64,000 nucleotides of DNA, from NCBI RefSeq assembly GCF_963921235.1, contig NC_086107.1:108936001-109000000 (forward strand), given 5' to 3'. The translations under genes were made by a program, and so were the position numbers. This document shows, piece after piece, positions 37,973 to 51,290 of this stretch. Origin of the DNA: Mobula hypostoma. Taxonomy: Eukaryota. Numbering within the stretch: the first letter of the stretch is position 1; the number at the start of each line of letters is the position of its first letter. Below the pieces are notes generated by a model that was given only the letters and a program-made list of their open reading frames with translations, had not been told where the DNA came from and made no database searches.

Positions 37973-38224
37973 ACCATGATTCCCCTCTCCCTGCCCCCTT
38001 CCCAATCTCATTCAACAATAGAGACCCATATCAGAATCATGATTCCCCTCTCCCTGCCCCCTTCCTAATCTCATTCAACAATAGAGACCCATATCAGAAC
38101 CATGATTCCCTTCTCCCTGCCCCCTTCCCACTCTCATTCAACAATAGAGACCCATATCAGAACCATGATTCCCCTCTCCCTGCCCCCTTCCCACTCTCAG
38201 TCCACTATAGAGACCCATATCAGA
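37973..38224. repeat. 63-bp tandem repeat, 4 copies
   Basis: Units start at 37973, 38036, 38099 and 38162 (ACCATGATTCCCCTCTCCCTGCCCCC...CCCATATCAGA). Confidence 0.95.
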
Positions 38225-38367
38225 AACAGGGTTATCATCTCTCACGTATGACATGAATGTTTTTTTGTGGCATCAGTACAGTGCAATACATAAAATTACT
38301 ACAGAACTGTGCAAAAGTCTTAGGCACCCGAGCTATAAATATGTGTTGAAGACTTCTGCACTATTAT

Positions 38368-39125
38368 TTGGAGATACAGCGTGGAATAGGCTCTTCTGGC
38401 CCACCAAACTGCGCGCCCAGCAACACTAACCTAATCACAGGGCAATTTGCAATGACCTATTCGGCTACTAACTGGTACGTCTTTGGACTGTGAGGGAAAC
38501 CCAGAGCGCCAAAGAAAACCCACTGGCTTCACGGGAAGGACACACAGACCTTCTTAGGTGTTGAACCCTGTACTCTGGCGGCCAGAGCTGTAGTAACTTG
38601 ACACTAACCGCTACACTACCGTGGTGCCCTGCCTCCAGGTTGATCACTTACCCTGGGACAAAAGCACTAAGCCTCCTTGACCCTGCTAACATTCCAGATG
38701 AGTGAGTAATGTTGATATTATTGTTACCTATTGACCATTCATATTGATTGGCGCTTGTTACTGAAGCTTATCATGACATGCCACAAAGCTGATTCAAGCC
38801 CATTATGTTTTTCCTGCATTCTACACTTCCATCAAACAACACCACTTGTCCTGCTCATAGCAAAAGATTAATCTATTTATTTTATTTAGGGAAACAGCAC
38901 AGTACCAGCCCCTTCCGGCCAAACGAGCCTGTGTTGCCCAGTGACACCCTTGTGACTAATTAGCTTTCTAACCTGTGCCTCGTTGGCCCGTGGGATGAAA
39001 CCGGAGCACCGCGGAGGAAATCCATGAGGCCACGGGGAAAACGTAGAAACTCCTTACAGGCAGTGGCGGGAATTCAACATGGGTTGCTGGTACTGTAAAG
39101 CCTCACGCTAACCATTCTCTACTGA
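38368..39125 (-). mobile_element. Two degraded V-SINE copies (~38368-38630 and ~38890-39125)
   Basis: GGAAACCCAGAGCGCC / GAAACCGGAGCACC are reverse V-domain blocks. Confidence 0.65.
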
Positions 39126-39126
39126 C

Positions 39127-39830
39127 ATGAATCACAATAGCTTGGTTTGCAGGTGCAGGAGACTATCGAGAAGACAGATGGAATGTTGGCCTTCATTGCT
39201 AGAGGGATTGAATTTAAGAGCAGGGAGGTTATGCTGCAACTGTACAGGGTACTGGCGAAGCCGCAGCTGGAGTACTGCGTGCAGTTCTGGATCTCCATAC
39301 TTGAGGAATGATATACTGGCTTTGTAGGCAGTGCAGAGGAGGTTCACCAGGTCGATTCCAGAGATGAAGGGGTTAGACTATGAGGAGGGATTGAGTCGCC
39401 TGGGACTGTACTCACTGGAATTCAGAAGAATGAGAGGAGATCTTACCGAAACATATAAAGTTATGGAAGGGATAAATAAGATAGAAGCAGGGAAGTTGTT
39501 TCCACTGATTGGTGAGACTAGAACTAGGGGGCATAGCCTCAAGATTTGGGGGAGTAGATTTAAGACAGAGATGAGGAGGAACTGCTTTTCCTAGAGGGCG
39601 GTGAATCTGGGAAATCCTCTGCCCAATGAAGCAGTGGAGGTTATCTCAGTAAATATATTTAAGTCAAGGTTGGATAGATTTTTGCACGGTAGGGGAATTA
39701 AGGGTTATGGCAAAAAGGCAGGTGGGTGGAGATGAGTCCATAGTCAGATCAGCCATGATCTTATTGAATGGTGGAGCAGGCTCGACGGGCCAGATGGCCG
39801 ATTCCTGCTCCCATTTCTTACGTTTTTATG
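39127..39830 (+). mobile_element. CR1 3' fragment
   Basis: QRRFTR.IP...RGDLTETYK...TRGHSLKI; CR1 3'UTR. Confidence 0.9.
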
Positions 39831-40189
39831 ACTTGAGATGCTGTAACAGTTAAAGGGAAGGGAACATCTGGCAAACATCAGTGAGAATAATGAGTGAATT
39901 AATTTCGGTCAGAAAACCAGAGAGTTCTCTGTTCTAAACATGAAATGGCTGAAAGAACTCAGCAGGCCAGGCAGCACCTGTGGAGGCAGAGTGATAGTCT
40001 GAGATGAGACTGACATCGGGACGATAAGTGAAATGAGCTGCCCGAGGAAGTGATTGAGTCAGGCACAATAACAATATTTAAAAGGGTCTAGGACAGGTAC
40101 ATGCTTAGGAAAGGTTTAGAGGGGTTTGGGTCAAGTGTGGACAAATGAAGCTTAGATGGGAATCCTGGGCCGAAGGTCATGTGTCCATG

Positions 40190-40562
40190 CTATCACCATC
40201 GTCATTATGTGCCGTGTCATATGACATAGGTGATCATGGTCTTTGGCCATGATGGTTCTTGGAAAACTTTCTACAGAAGTGACTTCTTTACAAGATGGGC
40301 AACTCCAGTCATTATCAATACTCTTCAGAGACTGTCTGCCTGGAGTCAGTGGTCGCACAACCAGGACTTGTACTATGCATCAACTGCTCATACGATCAAC
40401 CACCACCTATTCTCATGGCTTCATGTGACCCTGATCGGTGGTGGGGCGGGGGGAGGAGGGCTAACCAGGTGCCACACCTCGCCCAAGGGTGACCAGTAGG
40501 CTAGTGGAGGGAAGGAGCACCTTACACCTCCTTTGGTAGAGATGTATGTCCACCTCACCACT
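40190..40562 (-). mobile_element. RTE-related non-autonomous element (copy 3)
   Basis: Aligns with 5529-5926. Confidence 0.6.
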
Positions 40563-41116
40563 CAGTTCCATGCTATATTATCGTCAATTCTATTTGATGT
40601 CATGACCCCAGTATCATGAAACAGCATCTCAACCTGGAATGTCTGAAGTGAGAATTTTCACCCAGAGGGTAGTCAGTATGTATAACTCTGGGTCCCAAGC
40701 CCGGCTGCAGAAGGAGGAGGAGAGCTACAGAAACGCTAACAGAAGCTCCGAAGACCTCATCCCTGGGAAAGGAAGGATCTTGCTTTCAAAGGCCTATGCC
40801 CAATAGGGGCGATGGGCTTAAGTAATGGGCTAACGAGTCAGTACGTGGAACTAGCTTGCCAGAGAAAGTGTATGAGGTAGATACACGAACAAGATTTAAG
40901 TTGGACCTGGACGGGATCATGAATAGGAAGGATTTAGAGAGATTAGGTCAAAATGGGCAACTGGGACTAGCTTAGATGGGAACCTTAGCAAGTTGGGCAG
41001 AAGGGCCTTTCACCATGCTATAATAAAGTCAATTCTATTTGATGTTCTGATCCTGATATTCTGATGCGGGGTCTCAACCCGCAGTGTCAGAGGTCCAACA
41101 TTTTCACCCAAAGGAT

Positions 41117-41385
41117 AGTCAGTACGTACAGTAACTCTGTCATGGATGGTCCCTAAGCCTGAATCTGAAAGGAGGAGGGTTGGGCATGGGGCTAACAAAC
41201 CCAACCCATAAAAAAAATGAGGAAGTATAGAAACGCAGGAAGGATCTTCTACGATCTTCACCTAGAAGGCGTGAGATGGGCTAGACCTCAGAACAATTTG
41301 AAAGACTGACCCAGGACAGAGGACTCTAGTGAGTTGCTGTTGGTGGCCTTTGCCCTGGTAGGGGTGATGGGCTTATGAAAATAAG
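41117..41385 (+). mobile_element. Short RTE-like non-autonomous element (second copy at ~40670-40830)
   Basis: GGAGGAGGGTTGGGCATGGGGCTAAC head block and TGGCCTTTGCCC...GGGGTGATGGGCTTA tail, shared with the 40.7-kb copy. Confidence 0.45.
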
Positions 41386-41589
41386 AAATAACTAGTGTAT
41401 GGAATGAGCGGCTAGAAGAAGTGTTTGAGGCAGACACACAAGCAATATTTAGAAGGAACTTGGATAGGGACGTAGATATGAACCATCTAGAGCATGAGTT
41501 CCCAACCTGGAGTGAATGGGCCCCTCATTTAATAGTAGGGGCCCAAAGGTCCCATTTCTGGGCAGGATGATTCTATCACTCTATAAGTG

Positions 41590-41960
41590 GCCCTTCTCCA
41601 AGGATCATCACCTTCTTTATGGTGGAGAGGCTTGTGAGTCCAGAGATCCTGAGAGTGATGCCAGCTGGAGTTTGATGCCTATCTCCTGCTAGGGTCACCA
41701 TGGCAATAAGGTCAAGGGGGAAGTTCCAGACAAAATGCGATCCAACCAAGACCTTCAATGGAAGTGAAGGTAGAGAAAAACTGCAGCAGTGAAGGGTCCC
41801 CAGATCCTGACCCTGGTCTCTCAAGGACTGTCTGGTAGCTGTCCGTGCATCAGCCTCCTCACAAAGTTACACACAGGCATCCTCCGTTAAGGGACTCCAT
41901 CTTAACATCAAGGATTGAATATGTGGATCCCAGAAAGGCCTCTACAGCGACCTGAGGACC
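41590..41960 (+). mobile_element. Rex3/Expander-like RTE 5'UTR remnant
   Basis: CACCTT...TGGTGGAGAGGCTTGTG...TAGGGTCACCATGGCAA...CCAGACAAA resembles fish RTE 5'UTRs from memory. Confidence 0.4.
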
Positions 41961-42019
41961 CACCAATAGATAACTCTTAGGAGAATATCCTACTCAACTC
42001 GAGTGATTACACTGCTAAC

Positions 42020-42555
42020 TCTCAGTGGCGGCCACCAAGTGTACACTCACGGTTTTCTGCTGCTGAAGCCCATTCACTTCGAGGTTCAATGTTGTGCATT
42101 TGGAGATGCTCTTCTACACAACGCTGTTGTAACACATAGTTATATGAGTTGCTGTCGCCTTCCTGTCAGCTTGAACCAGTCTGGCCATTCTCCTCTGACC
42201 ACTCTCATTAACAAGGCGGTTTCACCCACAGAACTGCCACACACTGGATTTTTTTTGTTTCCTCTTTGCACCATTCTCCGTAAACTCTGGAGATGGTTCT
42301 GCATGAAAATCCCAGAAAATCAGCGGTTTCTGAGATACTCAAACCTCCCCGTCTGGCACCAACAATCATTCCACAGTCAAAGTCACTTAGTTCACATTTA
42401 TTCCCCAATCTGATGTTTGGTCTGAACAACAACTGAACCTCTTGACCATGTCTGCATGTTTTAATGCATTGAATTGCTGCCACATGATTGGCTGATTAGA
42501 CATTTGCATTAATGAGCAGGTGTACAGCTGTACCTAATAAAATGGACACTAAGCA
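42020..42555 (-). mobile_element. Tc1-derived element with transposase N-terminal remnant
   Basis: ORF 42208-42483: ELSDFDCGMIVGARRGGLSISETADFLGFSCRTISRVYGEW (paired-like HTH); TIR-like GTACCTAATAAAATGGACACT. Confidence 0.8.
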
Positions 42556-43345
42556 TAGAACTGGCCTGGTTCACATTTTCAACTGGATCGACTCTGCTCA
42601 CCTGATTCTCACACTTGTCAGTCATCCGACCCCTTTCCAGTGGCTACAGACAGGGCAAGGAATCTACAACAATCTTCAACTCAAGCTTCACAGATTTCCA
42701 GCAGCTTCAGTTGTGCATGAGGATGGAGAGTTTTCAATAAATGTAGAGCCAAGTATTCTTCTCCTTCACATGGGATTATGTGTCTTTTCAGGTGAACACT
42801 ATTTCACATAAGATTAATTTCACCACATCATTTTCTGCTCTTGCCTGTCAAGGATTATATTTGCTCGTTAAATCATTTATATTTCCCATGAACGATGGAA
42901 TTCCCAGTAACACTAGCACAATAATATTGTATTTTGTGTTAAGTGCTTGTCAAATCATTCCATAATTTCTCTTGCGTATCTACTACTACCTGGTCCATGC
43001 CAACTTCTTGCAGCTATTGATAGGGTGTATTCAGTCAGAGGGTCATGAGAGTGTGGAACAAGCTGCCAGCACAAGTGGTGCATGCGAGCTCAATTTCCAT
43101 GTCTAAGAGAAGTTTGAATAGGTACATGGATGGTAAGTGTAGGGAGGGTTATGGTCCCAGTACAGGTCAATGGGAGTAGGTAGTTTAAATGGTTTGGCAC
43201 AGTCCAGATGTGCCAAAGGGGCTGTTTCTGTGCTGTGCTATGGAATATAGTAGATTTTAAATTCAATCTACAATCCACATTCAGATCTGAAGACCAGTTG
43301 CTGTTGAAGTTAATATTTGCTGTGTTCTATATCTCCAGAATACAA

Positions 43346-43838
43346 TGTTGTGACTGAGAATGAAGTAACCGGAAAGACACTGAAGCTGGTTATATAGAAG
43401 TCTTTATTCAGCACAACAAAGCAGTCATCATTCTTGGAGACACTCTCGGTAGAGACTTCCTGACCCATCATTACAGTACGTTTTTATATGCTAATGATCA
43501 AAGGTAACAACAGGACAATTCTCTAGTTGCAATGCATTCATACTGCCTCCTTTGTGTAGCATATAATTTTTAGACACCTAGATCTTCACTCGAACAGTCA
43601 AGACACCGTAAGTGAATGTTAATCACCACTGTCTCTAAGTTGCACTCATGCATATCCAGACATCTCAGGTCAATGGGGTGCTTCTTGGTTTACAATCAAT
43701 CCCAAAATGCAGCTCTAGGAAGACCATTGTTCTGAGCTGCATTTTAAATTTAATCTACAGTCCATATTCAGATCTGAAGACTGGTTGCTGTGAAATTGAT
43801 ATTTGCTGTGTTCCATATCTCTGGAATACTCCCTAATA
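43346..43838. mobile_element. Possible solo LTR-like repeat
   Basis: Starts TGTTG; its last ~90 bp recur at 43252-43343 and, diverged, at ~54455-54530 plus 55191-55219 (ending CCCTAACA). No TSD seen. Confidence 0.4.
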
Positions 43839-43997
43839 GTTACTGTCAGGCATGAGGTACAGGAGCCTAAAGTCCCACATCACCAGGTTCAAGAACAGCT
43901 ACTTCAACCATTCGCTTCTTGAACTAACTGCCACAACCGTAATCTCTACAGTTTACCAACGCTATACAAGACAATCCACAGATACTAGAATTTCAAT

Positions 43998-44152
43998 GCA
44001 AGACACGCAAAATGCTGGAAGAATTCGGCAGGCCAGGCAGCATCTATGGAGAGCCCTGTTGAAGGCTCTCAGCCCGAAACGTCGACTGTTTACTCTTTTC
44101 CATTGCTGCTGCATGGCCTGCTGAGTTCCTCCAGCATTCTGTGTGAGTTGCT
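43998..44152. mobile_element. Fold-back PLE-derived short element
   Basis: Inverted arms AATGCTGGA...GCAGCATC / ...CTGCTGAGTTCCTCCAGCATT around a decayed hammerhead (CTGTTGA...GAAACGTC). Confidence 0.7.
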
Positions 44153-45317
44153 TAGCAACACGACAGCCACGTTGCACTCAAATCAACTTTTTTGTTCTAA
44201 TTGTGTTCTTCCTTGTAAAAAATTATATTTAACTTATGTTTATCTTATGAATCTTGCTTATAGGATGCTATGAGTGACACAGCAGTGTATCGCTGTAATG
44301 CTCTACAGCACCAGTGATCGACAACCTGCATACAATCCCCACTGCTATGGGAAGGGTTTTGTACGTTCTTCAACCAAGCAGGAGGAGGTACAGGTCACTG
44401 AAGACCTACGCTCAACATCTTAGGACAGCCCCATCCCCTCTGCCATCAGATTTCTGAGTGGTCCATGAACCCGTGAGTGCTACCTCACTACTTTCCTTCC
44501 ATTTTGCTCTATTTATTTAATTTTTTAAATAAATTTCTTGTAATCTTTTATGCAAAGCACTGCTCTGCTGCCACAAAACAACAAATTTCACCGCATACGT
44601 CAGTGATAATAAACCTGATTTTAATTACGGAGAGACAAGAGCTGATTGCGGTACTTTCGATGCAGTCTAACAAGAGTTTTATAAAGCTGTTACATGACTT
44701 CCTAACCCTTGAACTCAATGCCTCATCTAAGTACATGAATCCTGTTATATTCACTCAGCATTCCCACCAACGCCTCTCAGATTCTACCATACACCTCCAC
44801 ACTAGGAGTAATTTTCAGTGGCCATTTAACCTGCCAACCCACACATCTTTGGGATACAGAAGGAGACTAGACCACCCAAAAGAAAGCCATGGGATCACAG
44901 AGACAACACCCAAACCTCACACCAATAGCAATGGCGGTCAGGATCAAATTTTGGTCAATGTATCAATTACATCTGATGCAATAAAATACCTCCTAGAATA
45001 GATTGAACCCCATTAAAACAATCCAACCCCATCTAATCTTGGCCTATCAGATCTCAATCTGCCCATTGCCAATTTGACCTCAGGCAATCCAAGCCCAACC
45101 CAGTCATGGCCATTTGAAGCTAACCCCCACGGTTACTCCAAACCTAGCCCAACTACAGCCTAACCAATCACCCAACCACAGCCAAGCAAATCTCAACCCA
45201 ACCAGGGCCAAGCAAACAATAACAACAGGAATTCTGCAGATGCTGGAAATTCAAGCAACATACATAAAAGTTGCTGGTGAACGCAGCAGGCCAGGCAGCA
45301 TCTCTAGGAAGAGGTGC

Positions 45318-45353
45318 AGTCGACGTTTCAGGCCGAAACCCTTTGTCAGGACT
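45318..45353 (-). ncRNA. Hammerhead motif with mutated core (likely inactive)
   Basis: AGTC-CTGACAA-AGGGTTTCGGCCT-GAAA-CG-TC-GACT; CTGANGA is changed to CTGACAA. Confidence 0.6.
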
Positions 45354-45650
45354 AACTGAAGGAAGAGTGAGTATGGGATTTGAAAGTTGAAGGGGGAGGG
45401 GGAGATCCAAAATGATAGGAGAAGACAGGAGGGGGAGGGATGGAGCCAAGAGCTGGACAAGTGATAGGCAAAAGGGATATGAGAGGATCATGAGACAGGA
45501 GGTCCGGGAAGAAAGACAAGGAGGCGGGGGGGGACCCAGAGGATGGGCAAGGGGTATATTCAGAGGGACAGAGGGGGAAAAAGGAGAGTGAGAGAAAGAA
45601 TGTGTGTATAAAAATAAGTAACAGATGGGGTATGAGGGGGAGGTGGGGCA

Positions 45651-46968
45651 TTAGCGGAAGTTAGAGAAGTCGATGTTCATGCCATCAGGTTGGAGGCTAC
45701 CCAGACGGAATATAAGGTGTTGTTCCTCCAACCTGAGTGTGGCTTCATCTTTACAGTAGAGGAGGCCGTGGATAGACATGTCAGAATGGGAATGGGATGT
45801 GGAATTAAAATGTGTGGCCACTGGGAGATCCTGCTTTCTCTGGTGGACAGAGCGTAGATGTTCAGCAAAGCGGTCTCCCAGTCTGCGTCGGGTCTCGCCA
45901 ATATATAAAAGGCCACGTCGGGAGCACCGGACACAGTATATCACCCCAGCCGACTCACAGGTGAAGTGTTGCCTCACCTGGAAGGACTGTTTGGGGCCCT
46001 GAATGGTGGTAAGGGAGGAAGTGTAAGGGCATGTGTAGCACTTGTTCCGCTTACACGGATAAGTGCCAGGAGGGAGATCAGTGGGGAGGGATGGGGGGCA
46101 CGAATGGACAAGGGAGTTGTGTAGGGAGCGATCCCTGCGGAATGCAGAGAGGGAGGGGAGGGGAAGACGTGCTTAGTGGTGGGATCCCGTTGGAGGTGGC
46201 GGAAGTTACGGAGAATAATATGTTGGACCCGGAGGCTGGTGGGGTGGTAGGTGAGGACCAGGGGAACCCTATTCCTAGTGGGGTGGCGGGAGGATGGAGT
46301 GAGAGCAGATGTACGTGAAATGGGGGAGATGCGTTTAAGAGCAGAGTTGATAGTGGAGGAAGGGAAGCCCCTTTCTTTAGAAAAGGAAGACATCTCCCTC
46401 GTCCTAGAATGAAAAGCCTCATCCTGAGAGCAGATGCGGCGGAGACGGAGGAATTGCGAGAAGGGGATGGCGTTTTTGCAAGAGACAGGGTGAGAAGAGG
46501 AATAGTCCAGATAGCTGTGAGAGTCAGTAGGCTTATAGTAGACATCAGTGGATAAGCTGTCTCCAGAGACAGAGACAGAAAGATCTAGAAAGGGGAGGGA
46601 GGTGTCAGAAATGGACCAGGTAAACTTGAGGGCAGGGTGAAAGTTGGAGGCAAAGTTAATAAAGTCAACGAGTTCTGCATGCGTGCAGGAAGCAGCGCAA
46701 ATGCAGTCGTCGATGTAGCGAAGGAAAAGTGGGGGGACAGATACCAGAATAGGCACGGAACATAGATTGTTCCACAAACCCAACAAAAAGGCAGGCATAG
46801 CTAGGACCCATACAGGTGCCCATAGCTACACCTTTAGTTTGGAGGAAGTGGGAGGAGCCAAAGGAGAAATTATTAAGAGTAAGGACTAATTCCGCTAGAC
46901 GGAGCAGAGTGGTGGTAGAGGGGAACTGATTAGGTTTGGAATCCAAAAAGAAGCGTAGAGCTTTGAGA
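45651..46968 (-). pseudogene. PLE reverse transcriptase plus GIY-YIG endonuclease (partial, frameshifted)
   Basis: QTKGVAMGT, FLRYIDD, LPFLD, YYKPTD; GVIYCVRC...LYIGETRRRLGDRFAEH; spread over three frames. Confidence 0.93.
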
Positions 46969-48077
46969 CCAAGCAAACAATGGCCAGTCCAATCCCAGTT
47001 TAAACACAAGTAATCTGAACTTGTCCCACCATGGCCAAACCAATCCTGACTTGTCCATGGTCAGTCTGAACCCAAGCCAAACATGGTCAACCAACCCAAA
47101 TCTGACCTGCCCAACCTGTTCTTGCCCTAAATTGGCCAATCCCATCACAATTCCACCTCGGCCAATCCACGCCCCATCCAACACTAACAAACTCAATTCC
47201 AACTCCGGCTCAAGGAAAATTCTGACCAGACCTGACATTCAAAATCCTGTCCCAGCCATTGGTAAGCATCTGGTCAACCCCACATTGCAGGTCGCCAACA
47301 CAATCAAAGCTAATTTATATTTTTCTATCAGGTTCTACCATCTGAGCACATTTATTCACAAAGATCCGGCCCATCTCAAACTAGCACAAGCCTAATTAAT
47401 TTCGAAGCCAACCCTATGAACAGTTGGGTCCTGCTGGGCACAGGCCAAGTAGCTGAGGCTTAGAATAGTGGAGGGCTATAGGAAGGGGTATGCACAGTGC
47501 CAGTTATGTGAGAAGTCACCAGCAAAGTAAAGAGGGTGAGGGGAGACAGGCATGTCACAAATCCAAAGGATGTGGTTAATTTCTTTTCATGAGCTGTTTT
47601 GGTTCCATTGAAGGAGCGAAGGAGGGCTCTGGGAAGGATGAATTCAGGAACTCACTACTTCGGGAAGAAGAGAGAGATTGGAGACAGGATGGTAGTTTAC
47701 AAAGAGGAAGGATCAAAACTCAGTTATTCTGGAAGAGAGTATGTGAACGGGGCTTGTTTGAAGGGAAGAAGAACTCAAAATCCTGGCAAGGGCAGCACTG
47801 TTAAATAGTGGTTAGTGCAATCACTTTACAACAACAGTAATCTCCAATTCCCTTCGATTCTCGCTGCCGTCAGTAAGGAATTTGTACATTCTCCCTTACT
47901 GTTTAATATTTAAGCATTATCTCTTATGACATCCAGAGTGGTTAGCAGTAACAGAAGACGGGGTAATGAAGCAGAAGGCGGATCTCCTACATGGGGGGGG
48001 GGTCAAAAGGAAAAGGGAGGTGATAACCACAAGGTAAAGTGCAGTCACTTAAAACTGAGGTGGGCAGGATTAGATAT

Positions 48078-49160
48078 TTCAGTTCCTAGGTGTCAGCATC
48101 TCTGAGGATCTAACCTGGACCCAACATATTGATGCAGTCACAAAGAAGACATGATAGCAGCTATATTTCATTAGGGGTTTGAGGAGATTTGGGATGTCCC
48201 CAAAGTCACTCTGCAAATTTCTACAGATGTACCGTGGAGAGCGTTTTAACTGGCTGTATCACCGTCTGGTACGGCAGGGGCAGTGCAGGGGGGTGGCTAC
48301 TTCACAGGATCAAAATAAGCTGCAGAAAGTTGAGAACTCAGTCATTTTCATCCTGGGCACTAGCCTCACCAACATCCAGGACCTCTTCAAGGAGCGATGC
48401 CTCTAAAAGGCAGCATCCATCAGTAAGGAAGCCCACCACTCAAGTCATGCCTTGTTCTCATTGCTACCATCGGGGAGGAGGTACAGGAGCCTGAAGGCAC
48501 ACACTCAATGATTCAGGAACAGCTTCTTCCCCTCTGCCATCAGATTTCTGAATGAACATTGAACCCATGAGCACCACCTCACTGCTTTTTAGCATTACCC
48601 ATTTAACTTAACTATTTTATTTTATATATATAGTTGTGGCTTACTGTAACTCACAGCTTTTATATCATGTATTGCATTGAATTTAGAAGATTGAGGGGGG
48701 ATCTTATTGAAAGGTATAAAATCCTAAAGGGATTGGACAGGCTAGATGCAGGAAGATTGTTCCCAATGTTGAGGAAGTCCAGAACGAGGGGTCACAGTTT
48801 GAGGATAGAGGGGAAGCCTTTTAGGACCGAGATGAGGAGAAACTTCTTCACACAGAGAGTGGTGAATCTGTGGAATTCTCTGCCACAGGAAACAGTTGAG
48901 GCCAGTTCATTGGCTATATTTAAGAGGGAGTTAGATATGGCCCTTGTGACTAAAGGGATCAGGGGGTATGGAGAGAAGGCAGGTACAGGGTTCTGAGCTG
49001 GATGATCAGCCATGATCATACTGAATGGTGGTGCAGGTTCGAAGGGCCGAATGGCCTACTCCTGCACCTATTTTCTATGTTTCTATGTTTCTATTGTACT
49101 GCTGTCACAAAAACAACAAATTTCACGACATATGCCAGTGATATTAAACCTGAAGCCGAT
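48078..49160 (+). mobile_element. Rex1/Babar 3' end split by a CR1
   Basis: FYRCTVESVLTGCITVWYG...; 3'UTR TGTATTGCATTG|TACTGCTG is interrupted at 48680-49092. Confidence 0.8.
48680..49092 (+). mobile_element. Young 5'-truncated CR1, same subfamily as 21275-24648
   Basis: Near-identical to the 3' 400 bp of the long copy; ATTG duplicated at 48676-48679 and 49093-49096. Confidence 0.92.
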
Positions 49161-50109
49161 CCTAATGAACAAGTGTTAGAGGTGTACCTAATAAAGTGGC
49201 CACTGAGTGTACATTGTAGGCTAAACAAAAAATTGGACCGCTGAGAAAGAGGTAATGTTATTCACTTTGAAGAAGGGGGCTTCATGCATTGCAAAGTCAC
49301 AAAGAGCTCTCAGAAGCTTAATCTAGCCACTGGCGTACTCCACCAGTTCCGATCGTGTGAGACAAACATTAAACATGAGGGAGATGAAAGGAAGATCTTG
49401 CATTTACGGAGTGATAATCAGAAACATTTCAATGTGATTCATGTATAATGAACCGCTTTGAAGTGCAGCCTCAGCAGGTACACAAGAGAGTTTGGTGGTA
49501 ATATTGAGAAGGAAGAAGGAATTACAGGGATATGCAAACTACCATCCTGTCTCCAATCTGTCTCTCCTGCCCAGAGTCACCTTCCAGAGTTCTCCCTCGT
49601 TCATTCAATTATGCCAAAACAGATCATGAAAAGAGAATACCCACATCCCTTGTGGTTGTGACACCCCTGTCTCTCCTCACCCCTCTCACCTTGCTGGTGA
49701 CCTCTCACGTAACTGACTTGTGTATCTCTTCCTTAGAGGGGTCCACGGAGATTCAGAATGACATCTAAAACTTTGACAAACTTCTACAGATCATTACAGC
49801 CATTTCTAGGAATGTACATAGCATTTGATTTGATGCACAACATATATTTTTCAAAGTTTTGATGTATACGTGGCAAATAAAGCAAGTTGTTCATCTTTTT
49901 TTAACTCTAACAGCCAATGATATATATTGAAAGTTCAGTCACTGTTCCAACATTTTATATATGCACATCCCCAGAAACATCAACGAGATACAGACAATGG
50001 TCTCTTCGGGCATGTTGGTCAGCAGGGACCAGATGGGCCGAAGGGTCTGCTTCATGATGTATCATTCTCTGACTCCAGAAAGAGTGAACCTCCTGAAAAT
50101 AGTGACAGT

Positions 50110-51290
50110 AACTATTTTATTAGGTACACCTGCACACTTGTTCATTAATTCAAATATCCAGTCAGCCAATCATGTGGCAGCAACTCAATAAAAGCATGCA
50201 GACATGGTCAAGAGATTTATCATTGTTCAGACCAAACATCAGAATGGCGTAGAAATGTGATTTAGTAACTTTGATTGTGGAATGATTGTTGGTGCCAGAT
50301 GGAGTATTTCCTGGGATTTTCATTCACAACAGTCTCCAGTGTTTACAGAGAACCATGCGTAAAACAAACAGAGACACTCAATGAGCAGCAGTTAATGAGA
50401 AATGTCAGAGGAGAATGGACAGACTAGCTCAAGCTGATAGGAAGGTGACAGTAACTCAAATAATCATGAGTTACCACAGTGTGTGCAGAAGAGCATCTAT
50501 GAACACACAACATTTCGAACACATTGAACGAAAAATACTTTAAGTGTAATTATGAAGAAAGCACAACGATACCTCTACTTCCTTAGGAGTTTGCAGAGAT
50601 TCAACATAACATCTAAAACTTTGATAAACTTCTATAGATGTGTTGTGGAGAGTGTATTGACTGGGTGCATCACAGCCTTTGAATGGGAATTCCTTCCAAA
50701 GGTAGTGGATTTGGTCAGTACACCACAGGTAAAACCCTCCCAACCACTGAGCACATCTACATGAAACATTGTCAGAGGAAAGCAGCATCCATCATCAAAG
50801 ATCCCCACCGCCCAGGTCACACCCTTTTCTCGCTGCTGCCATCAGGTAGAAGATACAAGAGCCTCAGGACCCGTACAACCAGGTTCAAGAACAGTTACTA
50901 CCCCATAACCATCAGGCTCTTGAACAAAAGGGGATAACTTCACTCACTTTCCCATCCATTGAGATGTTCCTACAACCAATGATCTCACTTTAAGGACTCT
51001 TTATCTCATTATCTCATGTTCTCATTATTTATTGCTATTTATTTATATTTGCATTTGCACAGTTTGCTGTCTTCAGCACTCTGGATGATCTTTCATTGAT
51101 TCTGTTATAGCTACTATTCTATAGATCCATTGAGTATGCCCACAAGGAAATTTCAGGGTTGTATACAGTGACATATATGTACTTTGATAATGAAATTTAC
51201 TTTGAACTCTTTGAACCTTGAAATAGATGGGCTACAGCAGCAGAAGATTACATTGGTTCTACTCCTGTACCTAATAAAATGGCACCTGAA
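50110..51290 (+). mobile_element. Tc1-derived element interrupted by a Rex-type LINE
   Basis: TTTATTAGGTACACCTG ... GTACCTAATAAAATGGC TIR-like ends; interior is the reverse complement of the 42-kb copy. Confidence 0.7.
50540..51220 (+). mobile_element. Rex1/Babar 3' end
   Basis: KKAQRYLYFLRSL...RTTRFKNSYYP; (TTTGAAC)n tail. Confidence 0.82.

Larger units (their letters stand above)
45221..46968 (-). mobile_element. 5'-truncated Penelope-like element with 13-bp TSD
   Basis: RT and GIY-YIG remnants plus 3' repeat; TSD CCAAGCAAACAAT at 45208-45220 and 46969-46981. Confidence 0.95.

Noticed and set aside
37973..38224. CRISPR-like regular repeats (also 57500-57692)
   Set aside because: Head-to-tail units with no unique spacers and no cas genes, in eukaryotic DNA.
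37945..38256. ORF with a 21-aa repeat (NHDSPLPAPF...)
   Set aside because: By-product of a 63-bp tandem repeat; non-ATG start and no exon evidence.
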